Shown piece after piece: positions 1 to 9,232 of a stretch of DNA of 64,000 bases (position 1 is its first letter; each line of letters begins with the position of its first letter). This DNA is from a virus (taxonomy: Duplodnaviria > Caudoviricetes): positions 1 to 64,000 of IMG/VR virus record IMGVR_UViG_3300027798_000027; one strand, 5' to 3'. Below the pieces are notes generated by a model. The model made no database searches, had not been told where the DNA came from, and saw only the letters and a list, made by a program, of their open reading frames with translations. A program made the translations under genes and the position numbers.

Positions 1-279
1 GCAATCTCTGCTGTGTCAACTGCTGAATCTGCAATCTTAGCATTTGTAACTGAGTTTGAAGCAAGTTTTGCTTCTGTTACGTTTGCATCTGTAATCTTTA
101 GTGTGGTTACTGCACCATCTGCAAGTTTGCCAGTGGTTACGTTTAAATCTGTAATCTTTGCTGTGGTTACTGCATTTGCAGCAATCTCTGCTGTGTCAAC
201 TGCTGAATCTGCAATCTTAGCATTTGTAACTGAGTTTGAAGCAAGTTTTGCTTCTGTTACGTTTGCATCTGTAATCTTT
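1..279. repeat. Exact 99-bp direct repeat (1-99 = 181-279), 180-bp period, inside the fibre gene
   Basis: Direct sequence comparison. Confidence 0.95.
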
Positions 280-827
280 GCTGTTGTTACTGCATCTGCA
301 GCCAACTTTGCTGTTGTTACGTTAGCATCAACAATCTTTGCTGTCTCTACAGAATCTGTAGCAAGTTTTGCTGCTGTTACGTTAGCGTTTAGAATTTTAT
401 TTGTAGTTACTGAATCTGAAGCAAGCATTGTTGCTGAAACTGTGCCAGTGTCACCAGACGTAACTAGTGTTCCAGTTATGTCAGGAATTGTAATTGTACG
501 ATCTGCTGTTGGGTCTACTACTGTAAGAGTTGTTTCGTAAGCATCTGCTGTTGCACCTTCAAAAGTAATGCTTGTATCAAAAGTACCAACTGCTGCAGGG
601 GCTGTGTAGGATAATCCTGTTGCGGTTGAACTGTCTACTGTTAAAACGTGTCCATTGGTTGCACCAACGGCTAATCTGATACCAGTATTTGATCCTGTAC
701 CAACTAGTAAATCACCTTTTGCGTCAAAAATTTCTTTTGTAACTACGTCATGGGTGTTAACGGTCGCAGTTGATCCCTCAACTACCAGTCCCGATTTTAC
801 TCTAAAATCTTTTACTACGGTTGCCAT
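1..827 (-). CDS. Tail fibre / virion protein with VTxAK(I/L)-type short repeats, 3'-truncated by window edge
   Basis: ATG at 827-825 behind GGAGA; manual translation MATVVKDFRVKSGLVVEG...VTTAKITDANVTEAKLASNSVTNAKIADSAVDTAEIA is open to position 1 (absent from track because no stop). Confidence 0.75.
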   Translation of the reverse strand, partial: MATVVKDFRVKSGLVVEGSTATVNTHDVVTKEIFDAKGDLLVGTGSNTGIRLAVGATNGHVLTVDSSTATGLSYTAPAAVGTFDTSITFEGATADAYETTLTVVDPTADRTITIPDITGTLVTSGDTGTVSATMLASDSVTTNKILNANVTAAKLATDSVETAKIVDANVTTAKLAADAVTTAKITDANVTEAKLASNSVTNAKIADSAVDTAEIAANAVTTAKITDLNVTTGKLADGAVTTLKITDANVTEAKLASNSVTNAKIADSAVDTAEI

Positions 828-842
828 TTTTTATCTCCTTGG

Positions 843-1289
843 TTAAACCTTTAATCCCATACGCAGAAAGCGTAGAGTTATAGGTGTACTTCCCCCAACA
901 GGAACTACAGTTAAAGAAACTGTGCTTCCAGCCTTTGAAACGGAGATGGTGCCAATGTTCCCATCGTTTTCAATTGTTCCATATTGAGTAACAGATACAT
1001 CTGATCCATCATTCAATATTGTTAATTCTGTAACAGCGTACTTGTTAGCACCGCCTGCTACATATTTCATTGAGATCATATATTTCATTGATCTAAACTC
1101 AGTTGCTGAAAAGTTATCAAACACTGTGGAACTTTCAATTCCATTAATTGTTAACTCGTTATTGCCGTCTGAACCTAAATCTGTAGACCTAGCAGAGGTG
1201 CTATCAATTAAATCTATATAGTTTTCTTCTGTTGGCCTATCGCCAGTTTCAAACAGTGCTTTTAAGTTGGTGGTTGATATCTTTGACAT
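843..1289 (-). CDS. Hypothetical virion-module protein
   Basis: 148-aa ORF in tail cluster; TGATATAAT 6 nt upstream of ATG. Confidence 0.65.
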   Translation of the reverse strand: MSKISTTNLKALFETGDRPTEENYIDLIDSTSARSTDLGSDGNNELTINGIESSTVFDNFSATEFRSMKYMISMKYVAGGANKYAVTELTILNDGSDVSVTQYGTIENDGNIGTISVSKAGSTVSLTVVPVGGSTPITLRFLRMGLKV

Positions 1290-1309
1290 AAGGTTATTAT
1301 ATCATTATT

Positions 1310-1651
1310 TTAAAGAATATAATTAGAAAAACCAATTATCTGAATACCAATTCCAGGGGGATTTGCTGGATCATATCCTTCAAGACCTATGTTAGTTAAA
1401 CTAACCATAAAAGGTAAAACTGATACAGGAGTTATTACTTTTGCATAATTTACGTTTTGAAAATTTGACGGTACTGCTTTTAAATCAGAAATTGCGACGG
1501 TATTGGTCAATGTAGCAATAGCAAGAACTGCCCCTAAAGCAACATTAGATGCTGTTGAGTTAAAGGGTTTTATGTTAGAGAGGGTTTTTGTTGGTTTTAT
1601 ATCTTGAATAGAAACGGGGTTTGATAAATTAGTGATTATTGTAATAGCCAT
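1310..1651 (-). CDS. Hypothetical virion-module protein
   Basis: 113-aa ORF co-oriented with tail genes. Confidence 0.55.
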   Translation of the reverse strand: MAITIITNLSNPVSIQDIKPTKTLSNIKPFNSTASNVALGAVLAIATLTNTVAISDLKAVPSNFQNVNYAKVITPVSVLPFMVSLTNIGLEGYDPANPPGIGIQIIGFSNYIL

Positions 1652-1654
1652 TTA

Positions 1655-2101
1655 TTAACTCTGATCTGTAACTTCGCCTATCATAATCATTTCACCTTGA
1701 CATACCGTCCAAACACGAGTAGCGTCAGATAACTGAACATCAAATACATCGCCAGTTCTTAGTTGCTTAGATTGTGCTGGTGATACGGTTACTGTGAATT
1801 CTCCTGGATCATCAAACTCTGTTGCATATGGAGTTACACTAAATATTAAATCAGTTCCAACATTATCTGAATACCTTCTAAAATCTGCTTTTATATCAAA
1901 ACCAGTGATATCTCCACTTTCATCATTTGTATAATCTACTTCATTTCCAAGATCATCTTCTACATAAATTCTAAAAGAAGCGCTGTCTCCTATAACTACT
2001 GTCCAGTTTACAAGTGGTGGAATATTTCCAAGATTATAGGATGCTGGAGCCGTTGGCTGAGGCGAAATTGCAGATTCATCGGGGTTTCTATATTGTGCCA
2101 T
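1655..2101 (-). CDS. BppU-N-like baseplate/tail Ig-fold protein
   Basis: VVIGDSASFRI...FDIKADFR...YDVQL-type pattern shared with 6366-6716 and 7556-7954. Confidence 0.55.
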   Translation of the reverse strand: MAQYRNPDESAISPQPTAPASYNLGNIPPLVNWTVVIGDSASFRIYVEDDLGNEVDYTNDESGDITGFDIKADFRRYSDNVGTDLIFSVTPYATEFDDPGEFTVTVSPAQSKQLRTGDVFDVQLSDATRVWTVCQGEMIMIGEVTDQS

Positions 2102-2246
2102 AGTTATATCATTATACCATTAACTAATATAACATTTAAAGTATTTTTATATTTTATTTCCTTAACTTGACCAAAGAGCCAAATTAGTGTTATAATTAAT
2201 ACATGCTACCAGTAGGTAGCATTTGTTCTCTAGGAGGTATTCTACA

Positions 2247-2795
2247 ATGAGAGAAGCAAATGTTTGGCTAGGGGTATTAACGTTGGTTATTTGTGGTACT
2301 GTTTTTTCAGGGGCTGCAAATGCAACAAATGAAAACAATTTATTAATTAAGGAGTCTGTGAAGTCTGCCACCCAACAGGTGGCTTTTTTGGTTTCTAAGG
2401 ATAAGAAGTTAGAAAAGTATGAAAATGCTCATAATTTGACTGATGAACAGTTGGTTGATATGTTGCGTTATGTTGGGTTTGAAGGAAAGGCTCTAAGGTC
2501 TGCTTGTGCAATTGCTAAAGCAGAGTCTAATGGTCGCCCTCTTGCTTTTAATGGCAACGTAAAGACTGGAGATAATTCTTATGGTGTGTTTCAAATCAAC
2601 ATGCTTGGAGACCTGGGGTCGGATCGTAGAGATAAATTTGAATTAGACTCAAATGCTGAACTACTAAATCCAGTAGTAAATGCACAGATTGCTTTGCATA
2701 TGACTAAGGGTGGAAAAGACTGGTCTGCTTGGAGTTCTGTAAATGGAACACGGTATCAGGAATGGTATGACAAATATCCTTGTAATAAAAAATAA
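2247..2795 (+). CDS. Lytic transglycosylase (SLT/lysozyme-like) with N-terminal hydrophobic segment
   Basis: AIAKAESNG catalytic Glu motif, SYGVFQIN, WSAW; AGGAGG at 2232 supports ATG 2247. Confidence 0.85.
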   Translation: MREANVWLGVLTLVICGTVFSGAANATNENNLLIKESVKSATQQVAFLVSKDKKLEKYENAHNLTDEQLVDMLRYVGFEGKALRSACAIAKAESNGRPLAFNGNVKTGDNSYGVFQINMLGDLGSDRRDKFELDSNAELLNPVVNAQIALHMTKGGKDWSAWSSVNGTRYQEWYDKYPCNKK

Positions 2796-2803
2796 TAAAA
2801 GAT

Positions 2804-2844
2804 AAAAATATCCCTCTTTGTTATGTGCTTTGAGGGTATTTTTT
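2804..2844. terminator. Bidirectional terminator-like hairpin between convergent genes
   Basis: AAAAATA-T-CCCTC...GAGGG-TATTTTT. Confidence 0.5.
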
Positions 2845-3553
2845 ATTTATATTCTTTCTGAGACCAAAACATTGATTTGTATCTATCAAAGAATTTGGTA
2901 TGTAATTTTTGTGAAATGCCATGTTGTTCTTTAAATTCTTTTTCAGAGCCAACCTCCATTTTCCAACTTTCACGTTTAAATGGAATAACCTGTGCTATTG
3001 GAGTTCCCTTTTTTATATACCCTTCAAAAGTTGGATCATTTATAACAAATGGAAAATTAACTGGAGAAGAATAGGTATCGGTATCCACAATTCCTGGAAG
3101 TATGGTAAATACAGCCTCCCTATGAAATGGTTGAACAAATAATGTAGAATATCCTTTAGGAGTTTTAATCCCCCAAGGATTTATAAATTTTGGATAAGCA
3201 AAATTACCTTGTAATGGATGATTTAATGCTTGTTCTATGGGGTGAAAATCTATTATTTTTAAATCATTGGGCCATTGAAAAAGTTGAGATTTTTTTCCTT
3301 CTACATCTTGTATAGATACGTAAACTTCTACTGGTAAAGTAATTATATACCCAGCAGAAATAGCATCAAACACTGGCATACAACGCTTTATAGTTGTTTT
3401 TGGTCCGTTTAAATTCCAGTCTGGAATTTTCTTACTACTGCCTAGATACGAAGGATGTTGTTTATACCAATCTGGAACAAATTGAAATGCTGGCTTTGGG
3501 CTTTCTATTTCCATCCCAACAGTGTTTATAAAAGTAATCTTTGACAAAAACAA
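2843..3553 (-). CDS. DUF6065-like / dUTPase-fold-like accessory protein (paralogue 1)
   Basis: PDWY, KRCMPVFDAISAGY, TPKGYS, LPGIVDTD, GTPIAQVIPF. Confidence 0.6.
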   Translation of the reverse strand: MFLSKITFINTVGMEIESPKPAFQFVPDWYKQHPSYLGSSKKIPDWNLNGPKTTIKRCMPVFDAISAGYIITLPVEVYVSIQDVEGKKSQLFQWPNDLKIIDFHPIEQALNHPLQGNFAYPKFINPWGIKTPKGYSTLFVQPFHREAVFTILPGIVDTDTYSSPVNFPFVINDPTFEGYIKKGTPIAQVIPFKRESWKMEVGSEKEFKEQHGISQKLHTKFFDRYKSMFWSQKEYK

Positions 3554-3626
3554 TCCCCCTTTTATCTTTATTAAAGATAATTATATCAACTATCTGATTT
3601 GTTGTAAACCTACCTTACGGTTGCTG

Positions 3627-3854
3627 CTAAGGCTTAGGTTTAATAACCTGGTTAGGCGGTACGTCTTCCTCTTCTGTCTCTGGAATTGGGCTTGTAAATA
3701 CTCCATTAGAGTATGTGAACCCCATTCCAGCAGATAAATCAACGTTTTCAATACAAACTTTGTCTGAAAAAATTGATTCTACAGTTTCTATAGAGTCTGC
3801 AACAATTTCGTTAATTACTAAATTGTTCTCATTAAGAATTAAAAAGTTTTTCAT
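3627..3854 (-). CDS. Hypothetical tail-associated protein
   Basis: MKNFLILNENNLVINEIVADS...; typical small tail-assembly-like ORF. Confidence 0.5.
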   Translation of the reverse strand: MKNFLILNENNLVINEIVADSIETVESIFSDKVCIENVDLSAGMGFTYSNGVFTSPIPETEEEDVPPNQVIKPKP

Positions 3855-4026
3855 TTTAGGCCTACCTTCCATAGATCGTTTAGAATGAATCCAATTCCTG
3901 CAAATTGTTCAAGGTCTATTATTTTTGAGTCTGGGTTATCTACTTGTGCTTCGTGAAAAGAATCAGCAACCCATGCATCAACAAAGTGCCCGTTTCTTTT
4001 ATCTATAACTCCAAATATCTTAATCA

Positions 4027-4536
4027 TTAGTAGTAAATTGCCACTCCGCCTGAAGCGCCAGCAGAACCAGAACTATTAGCATTACCGCCAGATCCGCCAT
4101 CACCTGTGTTACCTGATAAAGATGTGTTTCCAAATGGTCTTGTTGAGTTACTTAAAGAATAATTGCCAGTTGAACTGTTATTAGCGTTTGCCAAAACACC
4201 ATAAGAACTGATGCCTCCAGCATTACCTGGTAAGCCAATCTGCGCCCAGCGGCCACCGCCACCATTTCCAGCAGCGCCAACTGTAATTGATGTTGATACG
4301 GGGGTTAGACCAAACACGCCCTGGCCTTGGGTTCCTTCGCTACCTGTGTTTGCATGTGCACCATCGCCATGGGAATGGCCGCCACCCTGTCCACCTGCGC
4401 CACCGTTTACAACAAGTGCATATGCCATATTTACTCCCGAAGGAATAGAGATGTTTGTTGAACTGTTTGTATTATGTCTTAAAATTGGAGATCTGTAGTC
4501 ATCAAAACTACTGGAAGGAAATACTGAGAAACCCAT
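4027..4536 (-). CDS. Glycine-rich tail protein
   Basis: ALVVNGGAGGQGGG...ITVGAAGNGG...SGASGGVAIYY glycine-rich domain. Confidence 0.7.
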   Translation of the reverse strand: MGFSVFPSSSFDDYRSPILRHNTNSSTNISIPSGVNMAYALVVNGGAGGQGGGHSHGDGAHANTGSEGTQGQGVFGLTPVSTSITVGAAGNGGGGRWAQIGLPGNAGGISSYGVLANANNSSTGNYSLSNSTRPFGNTSLSGNTGDGGSGGNANSSGSAGASGGVAIYY

Positions 4537-4853
4537 TATGCTATCTCCACTCCGCTAATATGAAAATTAATTGTAGCAGCACTTGCGCCACCATCAATTA
4601 CCTCAGTTGCTACTAAAACTTGTTTTAAATCAATAACTGCTGTTGAATCTGCAGCAATTGTAACTGCATCAAATAAAGCAGTTTCAGAGCCAGCGGTTCC
4701 AATTGATATGGTAAATGTTCCAGAAGATGCTGCGGTATTGGCAACAACAACGCTTGTAATTACTGTAGTTGTTGACGCTGGGACTGTATAAAGATTCGTG
4801 GTGAGAGTGGTTGTTGCTGCTCCCCGAAATAGATTTTTACTTACTGTAGCCAT
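4536..4853 (-). CDS. Virion structural protein (beta-rich)
   Basis: LYTVPASTTTVITSVVVAN...INFHISGVEI, a common phage tail-module pattern. Confidence 0.65.
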   Translation of the reverse strand: MATVSKNLFRGAATTTLTTNLYTVPASTTTVITSVVVANTAASSGTFTISIGTAGSETALFDAVTIAADSTAVIDLKQVLVATEVIDGGASAATINFHISGVEIA

Positions 4854-4896
4854 TAGTTACTACCTTTCTGTAGTGTAACATTATTATATCACCTTT

Positions 4897-5277
4897 TTAT
4901 AAGGTGTAAACTCCCATAATGGTTCTAATTTCTAACTCTTCAACTAAAGATTGTCTTGCAATTGACACCCAACTTGATCCATCGTAAATTTGCAAAGTAT
5001 TTATAACACTACCACCTGAGTTTTGCCTTATTACACATATACTTCCAGCGGTAGGAGAGGTGATTGAGGCATCTCTTGCTGCTGGGTTAAGATAATTATT
5101 TATACCTTTTTTTGCAACTAATGATTCAAGCATTGTTACAGCAGATAGATAACTTTGTAGACCAGCCCATTCAAAGGTTCCAGATGTATCAGTCTTACCA
5201 GAGATAGCATACCATTTGTCATCTGCTACGTTGTAGATATACCCTGGCTTTCCATCTTCATCAAAAGTTGTTGGCAT
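4897..5277 (-). CDS. Virion-module hypothetical protein
   Basis: 126-aa ORF coupled to 5277-5756. Confidence 0.6.
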   Translation of the reverse strand: MPTTFDEDGKPGYIYNVADDKWYAISGKTDTSGTFEWAGLQSYLSAVTMLESLVAKKGINNYLNPAARDASITSPTAGSICVIRQNSGGSVINTLQIYDGSSWVSIARQSLVEELEIRTIMGVYTL

Positions 5278-5756
5278 TAGACCACCCGATTAAAGACGCT
5301 AGTATCGCCATTGTAAACATACATCTCTAAAGGGCTTGATCCTTTTTTAATCCAAATAACACCATTAGCCAAACCAGTTGTTGGTTGTGTTGCTGTGTAA
5401 ACTGATGTTGCTGATATATATCCTACTTGTGCAGCAGCATCTTTGTCTACCCAAATATAACCATCTGGTATGGTTGCAGAAAATGCAGTGAACGCAGCAG
5501 AAGTTGGTGCGGTTGTGGTCACTCTTGAACTATCTCTTGCTGAAACCTCTAGCGCAGCCTTTGTGGTAATTTGAGTTTGTAAATTATTAACCGTATAAGC
5601 AATTGATGGATTTAAAAGTTCTGTTGCATCTGTTTCTGCGGTATCAAAATCATAAGAGCCATAGTGATATGCTCTTAGCGCATCTTGAATATCAGCATCA
5701 TCTGCTAATGCTGGAATCTTGGTTGGTACTAAACTTCCTATATTTTCTACAGCCAT
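5277..5756 (-). CDS. Virion-module hypothetical protein
   Basis: 159-aa ORF; QPTTGLANGVIWIK...YVYNG tail-type motif. Confidence 0.6.
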   Translation of the reverse strand: MAVENIGSLVPTKIPALADDADIQDALRAYHYGSYDFDTAETDATELLNPSIAYTVNNLQTQITTKAALEVSARDSSRVTTTAPTSAAFTAFSATIPDGYIWVDKDAAAQVGYISATSVYTATQPTTGLANGVIWIKKGSSPLEMYVYNGDTSVFNRVV

Positions 5757-5790
5757 GGGGTCACCTCTTTAAAATTATACCATTTTTATA

Positions 5791-6366
5791 TTAAACTATA
5801 GAAATAAACAGATGTACTGTTTTACTTCCAGAAAGGTTTGACCAACTACCACTGCTATATTGAACTGCATCAAAGTTAATTACTAGATTTGTTCCTGCCC
5901 CTGCCAAAGCAGGAATTTCCATTGATGCTGCAATTGGATTTGCTCCTTCAATTTGAAACTGAACATTGAAGTTTGAGGCGGTAAGTGGTGAACCACTAAC
6001 TGTTACTATGTTTGATATTGGAATTGTTATTGATCCTGCGCCAGATGTAAAAGTGATTGCTTCTACAGATGAGTAAATTGCTGGACTTACCTTTAAAACC
6101 TCAATCCAGGTATTTGCACCAGCCTGAGAAATATATTGATACATATATCCATAATTTTCTCCTGGAGCGGTATTAATATACATATCATTTAATATTAGAG
6201 TAGTTCCAAATAAAACACCACTTGCTGTTAATGCATTCGGCTCTCCAGAACCAACAATAAATTTACTACCACGAACCCCTTGTGGCCCAATGTCAATTAA
6301 TAGGTCAATTGACTCTGGTGGTCCTATAACAACAACATCGTCAGTATTAAGTAATACGTCAACCAT
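5791..6366 (-). CDS. Tail/baseplate structural protein
   Basis: 191-aa ORF with GPQGVRGSKFIVGSGEP, DMYIN motif. Confidence 0.6.
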   Translation of the reverse strand: MVDVLLNTDDVVVIGPPESIDLLIDIGPQGVRGSKFIVGSGEPNALTASGVLFGTTLILNDMYINTAPGENYGYMYQYISQAGANTWIEVLKVSPAIYSSVEAITFTSGAGSITIPISNIVTVSGSPLTASNFNVQFQIEGANPIAASMEIPALAGAGTNLVINFDAVQYSSGSWSNLSGSKTVHLFISIV

Positions 6367-6716
6367 TATGAATCATCTGCTCCAGTAATATCATCTGTTA
6401 CTGTTACAGTCCCCGTTAAAAGTGTGTAAACTAATGTTGCGCCAGAATCTATTTGAACGTCATAAACATAACTTCCAGCAGTTAGCGCTTCTCCTGCGCC
6501 TGGTAGGATTGTACAAGTTACGGTATCTGCAGAGCCATCAACAACAGCCTGCATTTCGTACTGAGTTTTACCTTCTCCTCTTGCATTAGCAACAACAAAA
6601 TTTGCACTGTAACCTGTTAAATCAAAAGCGCCACCATTCGCAGTTTTTGGACGGATTACAAACTCATACCTATCACCACGATAGTAATTAAAATTATAAG
6701 AACCTGGAAATGCCAT
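6366..6716 (-). CDS. BppU-N-like baseplate protein
   Basis: YYRGDRYEF...FDLTGYSANF...YVYDVQI...LLTGTVTVTDDIT. Confidence 0.65.
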   Translation of the reverse strand: MAFPGSYNFNYYRGDRYEFVIRPKTANGGAFDLTGYSANFVVANARGEGKTQYEMQAVVDGSADTVTCTILPGAGEALTAGSYVYDVQIDSGATLVYTLLTGTVTVTDDITGADDS

Positions 6717-6740
6717 TATTCCTCCTGTAACATTATACCA

Positions 6741-7454
6741 CTAAGAGACGGAGACATAGACTCCTTTTAAAATAACAGAGCCTTCGTTGTCAGATCTTAT
6801 TTGAGGTATGCCTCCAAAAACCTTCATCTGTTTTTTTGTAATAAAAATTGTTTGACAAAAAGATAGGTCGTATGAGTATTGGTATTTAAGGTTTGCAACA
6901 TATCCTGTAACTGAGTTTTCTTCGTCAAGTGAAAATGTTCTCATCCAAATTTCTGTGTTGTTTCCGTAGGTCTCTATTTCTAGATCATACTTGATATCAA
7001 CTTTAGCACCAAACTCAACCGTTTTAAAATTAATTCTTTTGGCTGCTTCATTTAAAAACATAGCACTGCTTTTTGAAGCATAGGTTTCAATTGAGTTTTC
7101 TTTATCTATTAATGGAAACAAGGAAACCCAGCCATCTTCACCTCTTTCTGGACCAATACTTTGTGGATGAAGGTTTTTATTTTTATAATATGCCCATCCA
7201 GGATACTGTCCTGATGGACTGTCATATCCTTCTCCACCTTTTCCAGGTTCGCCACGTTCGCCTCTGGGTCCTTCTGGCCCCTGGTCTCCTCTATCTCCTT
7301 TTTCACCCTTTGGTCCTTCAGGTCCTGCTGGACCTTTTGGCCCTGCCTCACCACGCTCACCTGCTATTCCTGGAACAGCAACATACTCAACAGTTGTCTG
7401 TAAAACGGTTTCCGAATATTTTTTCTTTGGGGGAAAGTCCATGCTTTTAGCCAT
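6741..7454 (-). CDS. Collagen-like (Gly-X-Y) virion protein
   Basis: GERGEAGPKGPAGPEGPKGEKGDRGDQGPEGPRGERGEPGKG. Confidence 0.8.
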   Translation of the reverse strand: MAKSMDFPPKKKYSETVLQTTVEYVAVPGIAGERGEAGPKGPAGPEGPKGEKGDRGDQGPEGPRGERGEPGKGGEGYDSPSGQYPGWAYYKNKNLHPQSIGPERGEDGWVSLFPLIDKENSIETYASKSSAMFLNEAAKRINFKTVEFGAKVDIKYDLEIETYGNNTEIWMRTFSLDEENSVTGYVANLKYQYSYDLSFCQTIFITKKQMKVFGGIPQIRSDNEGSVILKGVYVSVS

Positions 7455-7555
7455 GACTTATCCTAACTACTTTATTTTAATCTTAAATATTTTTTTGCCA
7501 ATTTTTATTACTGGCGGAAGAAGCGGCGTTGGATTTGAAACTTTTACTATTGGCA

Positions 7556-7954
7556 TTATAAACCTGGAGTCATATCACTTAAAACACATATTGTGCCTAT
7601 AACTGGAGTCCAAACTGTGTCTGCATTCGCTCCACTACCACCCTCTATAATTACCTCAAGGTCAAATCTTAACTCTGCTGCTACCTGATTATAGCCTGTA
7701 CCCCAGTCTTCTGTAATTGATGCATGGGCGGTAATGGTTGCCTCATTATCATCAACAGTTACAGTTAAGTTATCTAATACATTTCCCATTGGATCATAGG
7801 CAGTTGCTCTAAATGTCCAGTCGTCGCAGTCAAAGGGTGTTATTTCATCATCCTCTAAAAACTCTACAAGCAGAGTTGCTGTGTCTCCACGGACCACTGT
7901 CCATTGAATGTTTGCTGGCGAGGCGCCATATTTTTCTACTGTAGGAGCACACAT
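7556..7954 (-). CDS. BppU-N-like baseplate protein
   Basis: WTVVRGDTATLLVEF...LRFDLEV...PVIGTI. Confidence 0.6.
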   Translation of the reverse strand: MCAPTVEKYGASPANIQWTVVRGDTATLLVEFLEDDEITPFDCDDWTFRATAYDPMGNVLDNLTVTVDDNEATITAHASITEDWGTGYNQVAAELRFDLEVIIEGGSGANADTVWTPVIGTICVLSDMTPGL

Positions 7955-8242
7955 AATACTTGATTATACCATTAAATAAAACTGGACACCTAGACGCAGT
8001 GGGGTGGGGGTTAGAATCTAGGCGCCAGCATAAAAATTATAACATTGTATTAGGACAAATAGGACATATTATAACAAAACGTTATAAACCAGACATTAAA
8101 GAGATTGTTATAAAATCGTTATAATCATTTCTGCGTAAACTGTAAAAATCCAGAGTATTAACGTGTATACTTAAAAATATAAAGAAAAAGAATAACTAGC
8201 AAATAAAGTTTTTAAAGTATCTTATATATTATATATAAAGAG

Positions 8243-8470
8243 TTATTTTTTAGAATGATCTTTAAAATGTTCAACCAAAAGATCAAACAGTTGATCAGTT
8301 TTTTTCTCTAGGCGGTCAACGGAATCTTTTAAACTGGATCCTGAATTCGGTTTAAGTTCGTTTAAATAATGTTTTACGAGCCAACGAATTCCTCCGCTAA
8401 CAATAGCAAGTATTGAAAGAGTTGTAAGTATTAATCGTGCCCAGTCTTCTACTGTCATCATTGTAAGCAA
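8243..8470 (-). CDS. Small membrane protein with C-terminal coiled coil
   Basis: One TM helix then NSGSSLKDSVDRLE, a common actinophage pattern. Confidence 0.6.
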   Translation of the reverse strand: MLTMMTVEDWARLILTTLSILAIVSGGIRWLVKHYLNELKPNSGSSLKDSVDRLEKKTDQLFDLLVEHFKDHSKK

Positions 8471-8635
8471 ATTATATCATCATTTGATATTAAATTTCGG
8501 CGGGAATTAACAAAGCCGAAAATAGAAATACCAAACCACTATAAGACACAGTATGCCTGCTACGCAGTCAAGTAATGTCTAACTGGATGTAATATCTATG
8601 TTTGCTTAATATCCCGATATAGGATATAATTAATT

Positions 8636-9232
8636 GTGCTAGATACAATTAGACAAACCCTTATTGAAGGTTTGACAAGTAAACTAAAAATACATCACTC
8701 GGTTTATAGACTTCCCTGTACTAGCGAATTTCTAGAAGAACTTATCGCCAACACTTTTACAGAGGCAGGGTATATAAACGATTGGCAGCCCAATAGAAGC
8801 CATAGTATCAGCGTAGACATGTCTTTAGAGTCAGGCGAAAGTTTCTCCGTCAAATCAGGGGTATACGCAAATAACACACTAACTTTTTCTGGATCCAGGC
8901 TAGGCAAATATCAAACCTTAGATGCCATGATATCTAGCGTAGTGAATAATAGTGCTAATTACTATGTGTGTCTTGCTAAGTCAGAAGGAGATTGGTCTTC
9001 TGTCCCCGCCGAAAATGAGAAGAAGGTTTATTATTTGTTTGTATTTGATTCCCAAACCTTGATATATGATAGTGGGGTTTGGAACAAGGTTGAAACCAAG
9101 TCTGGAGGATATAACTACGTTATGGAGTCTATAGGTTTATCTGCTAGAATTAATACTAGTATGTCGTCACAATTGTGGACCAGTGTCAATGAGAGTCTTA
9201 TTGGTGCCCCGACAAAATTGGAGATCTTGTGA
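8636..9232 (+). CDS. Putative PD-(D/E)XK restriction-endonuclease-like protein
   Basis: FLEEL...SVDMSLESGESFSVKSG resembles the E...D-x(n)-(S)xK core; own TATAAT upstream. Confidence 0.4.
   Translation: MLDTIRQTLIEGLTSKLKIHHSVYRLPCTSEFLEELIANTFTEAGYINDWQPNRSHSISVDMSLESGESFSVKSGVYANNTLTFSGSRLGKYQTLDAMISSVVNNSANYYVCLAKSEGDWSSVPAENEKKVYYLFVFDSQTLIYDSGVWNKVETKSGGYNYVMESIGLSARINTSMSSQLWTSVNESLIGAPTKLEIL

Noticed and set aside
1-279. Diversity-generating retroelement template/variable repeat pair
   Set aside because: Copies are identical, in frame in one gene, with no adenine-specific differences and no reverse transcriptase in the window
13-540. 175-aa plus-strand ORF
   Set aside because: Antisense shadow of the repetitive fibre gene on the minus strand
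2161-2246. c-di-AMP (ydaO) riboswitch before the transglycosylase
   Set aside because: Leader is too short; only a simple 8-bp hairpin ATGCTACC/GGTAGCAT is present
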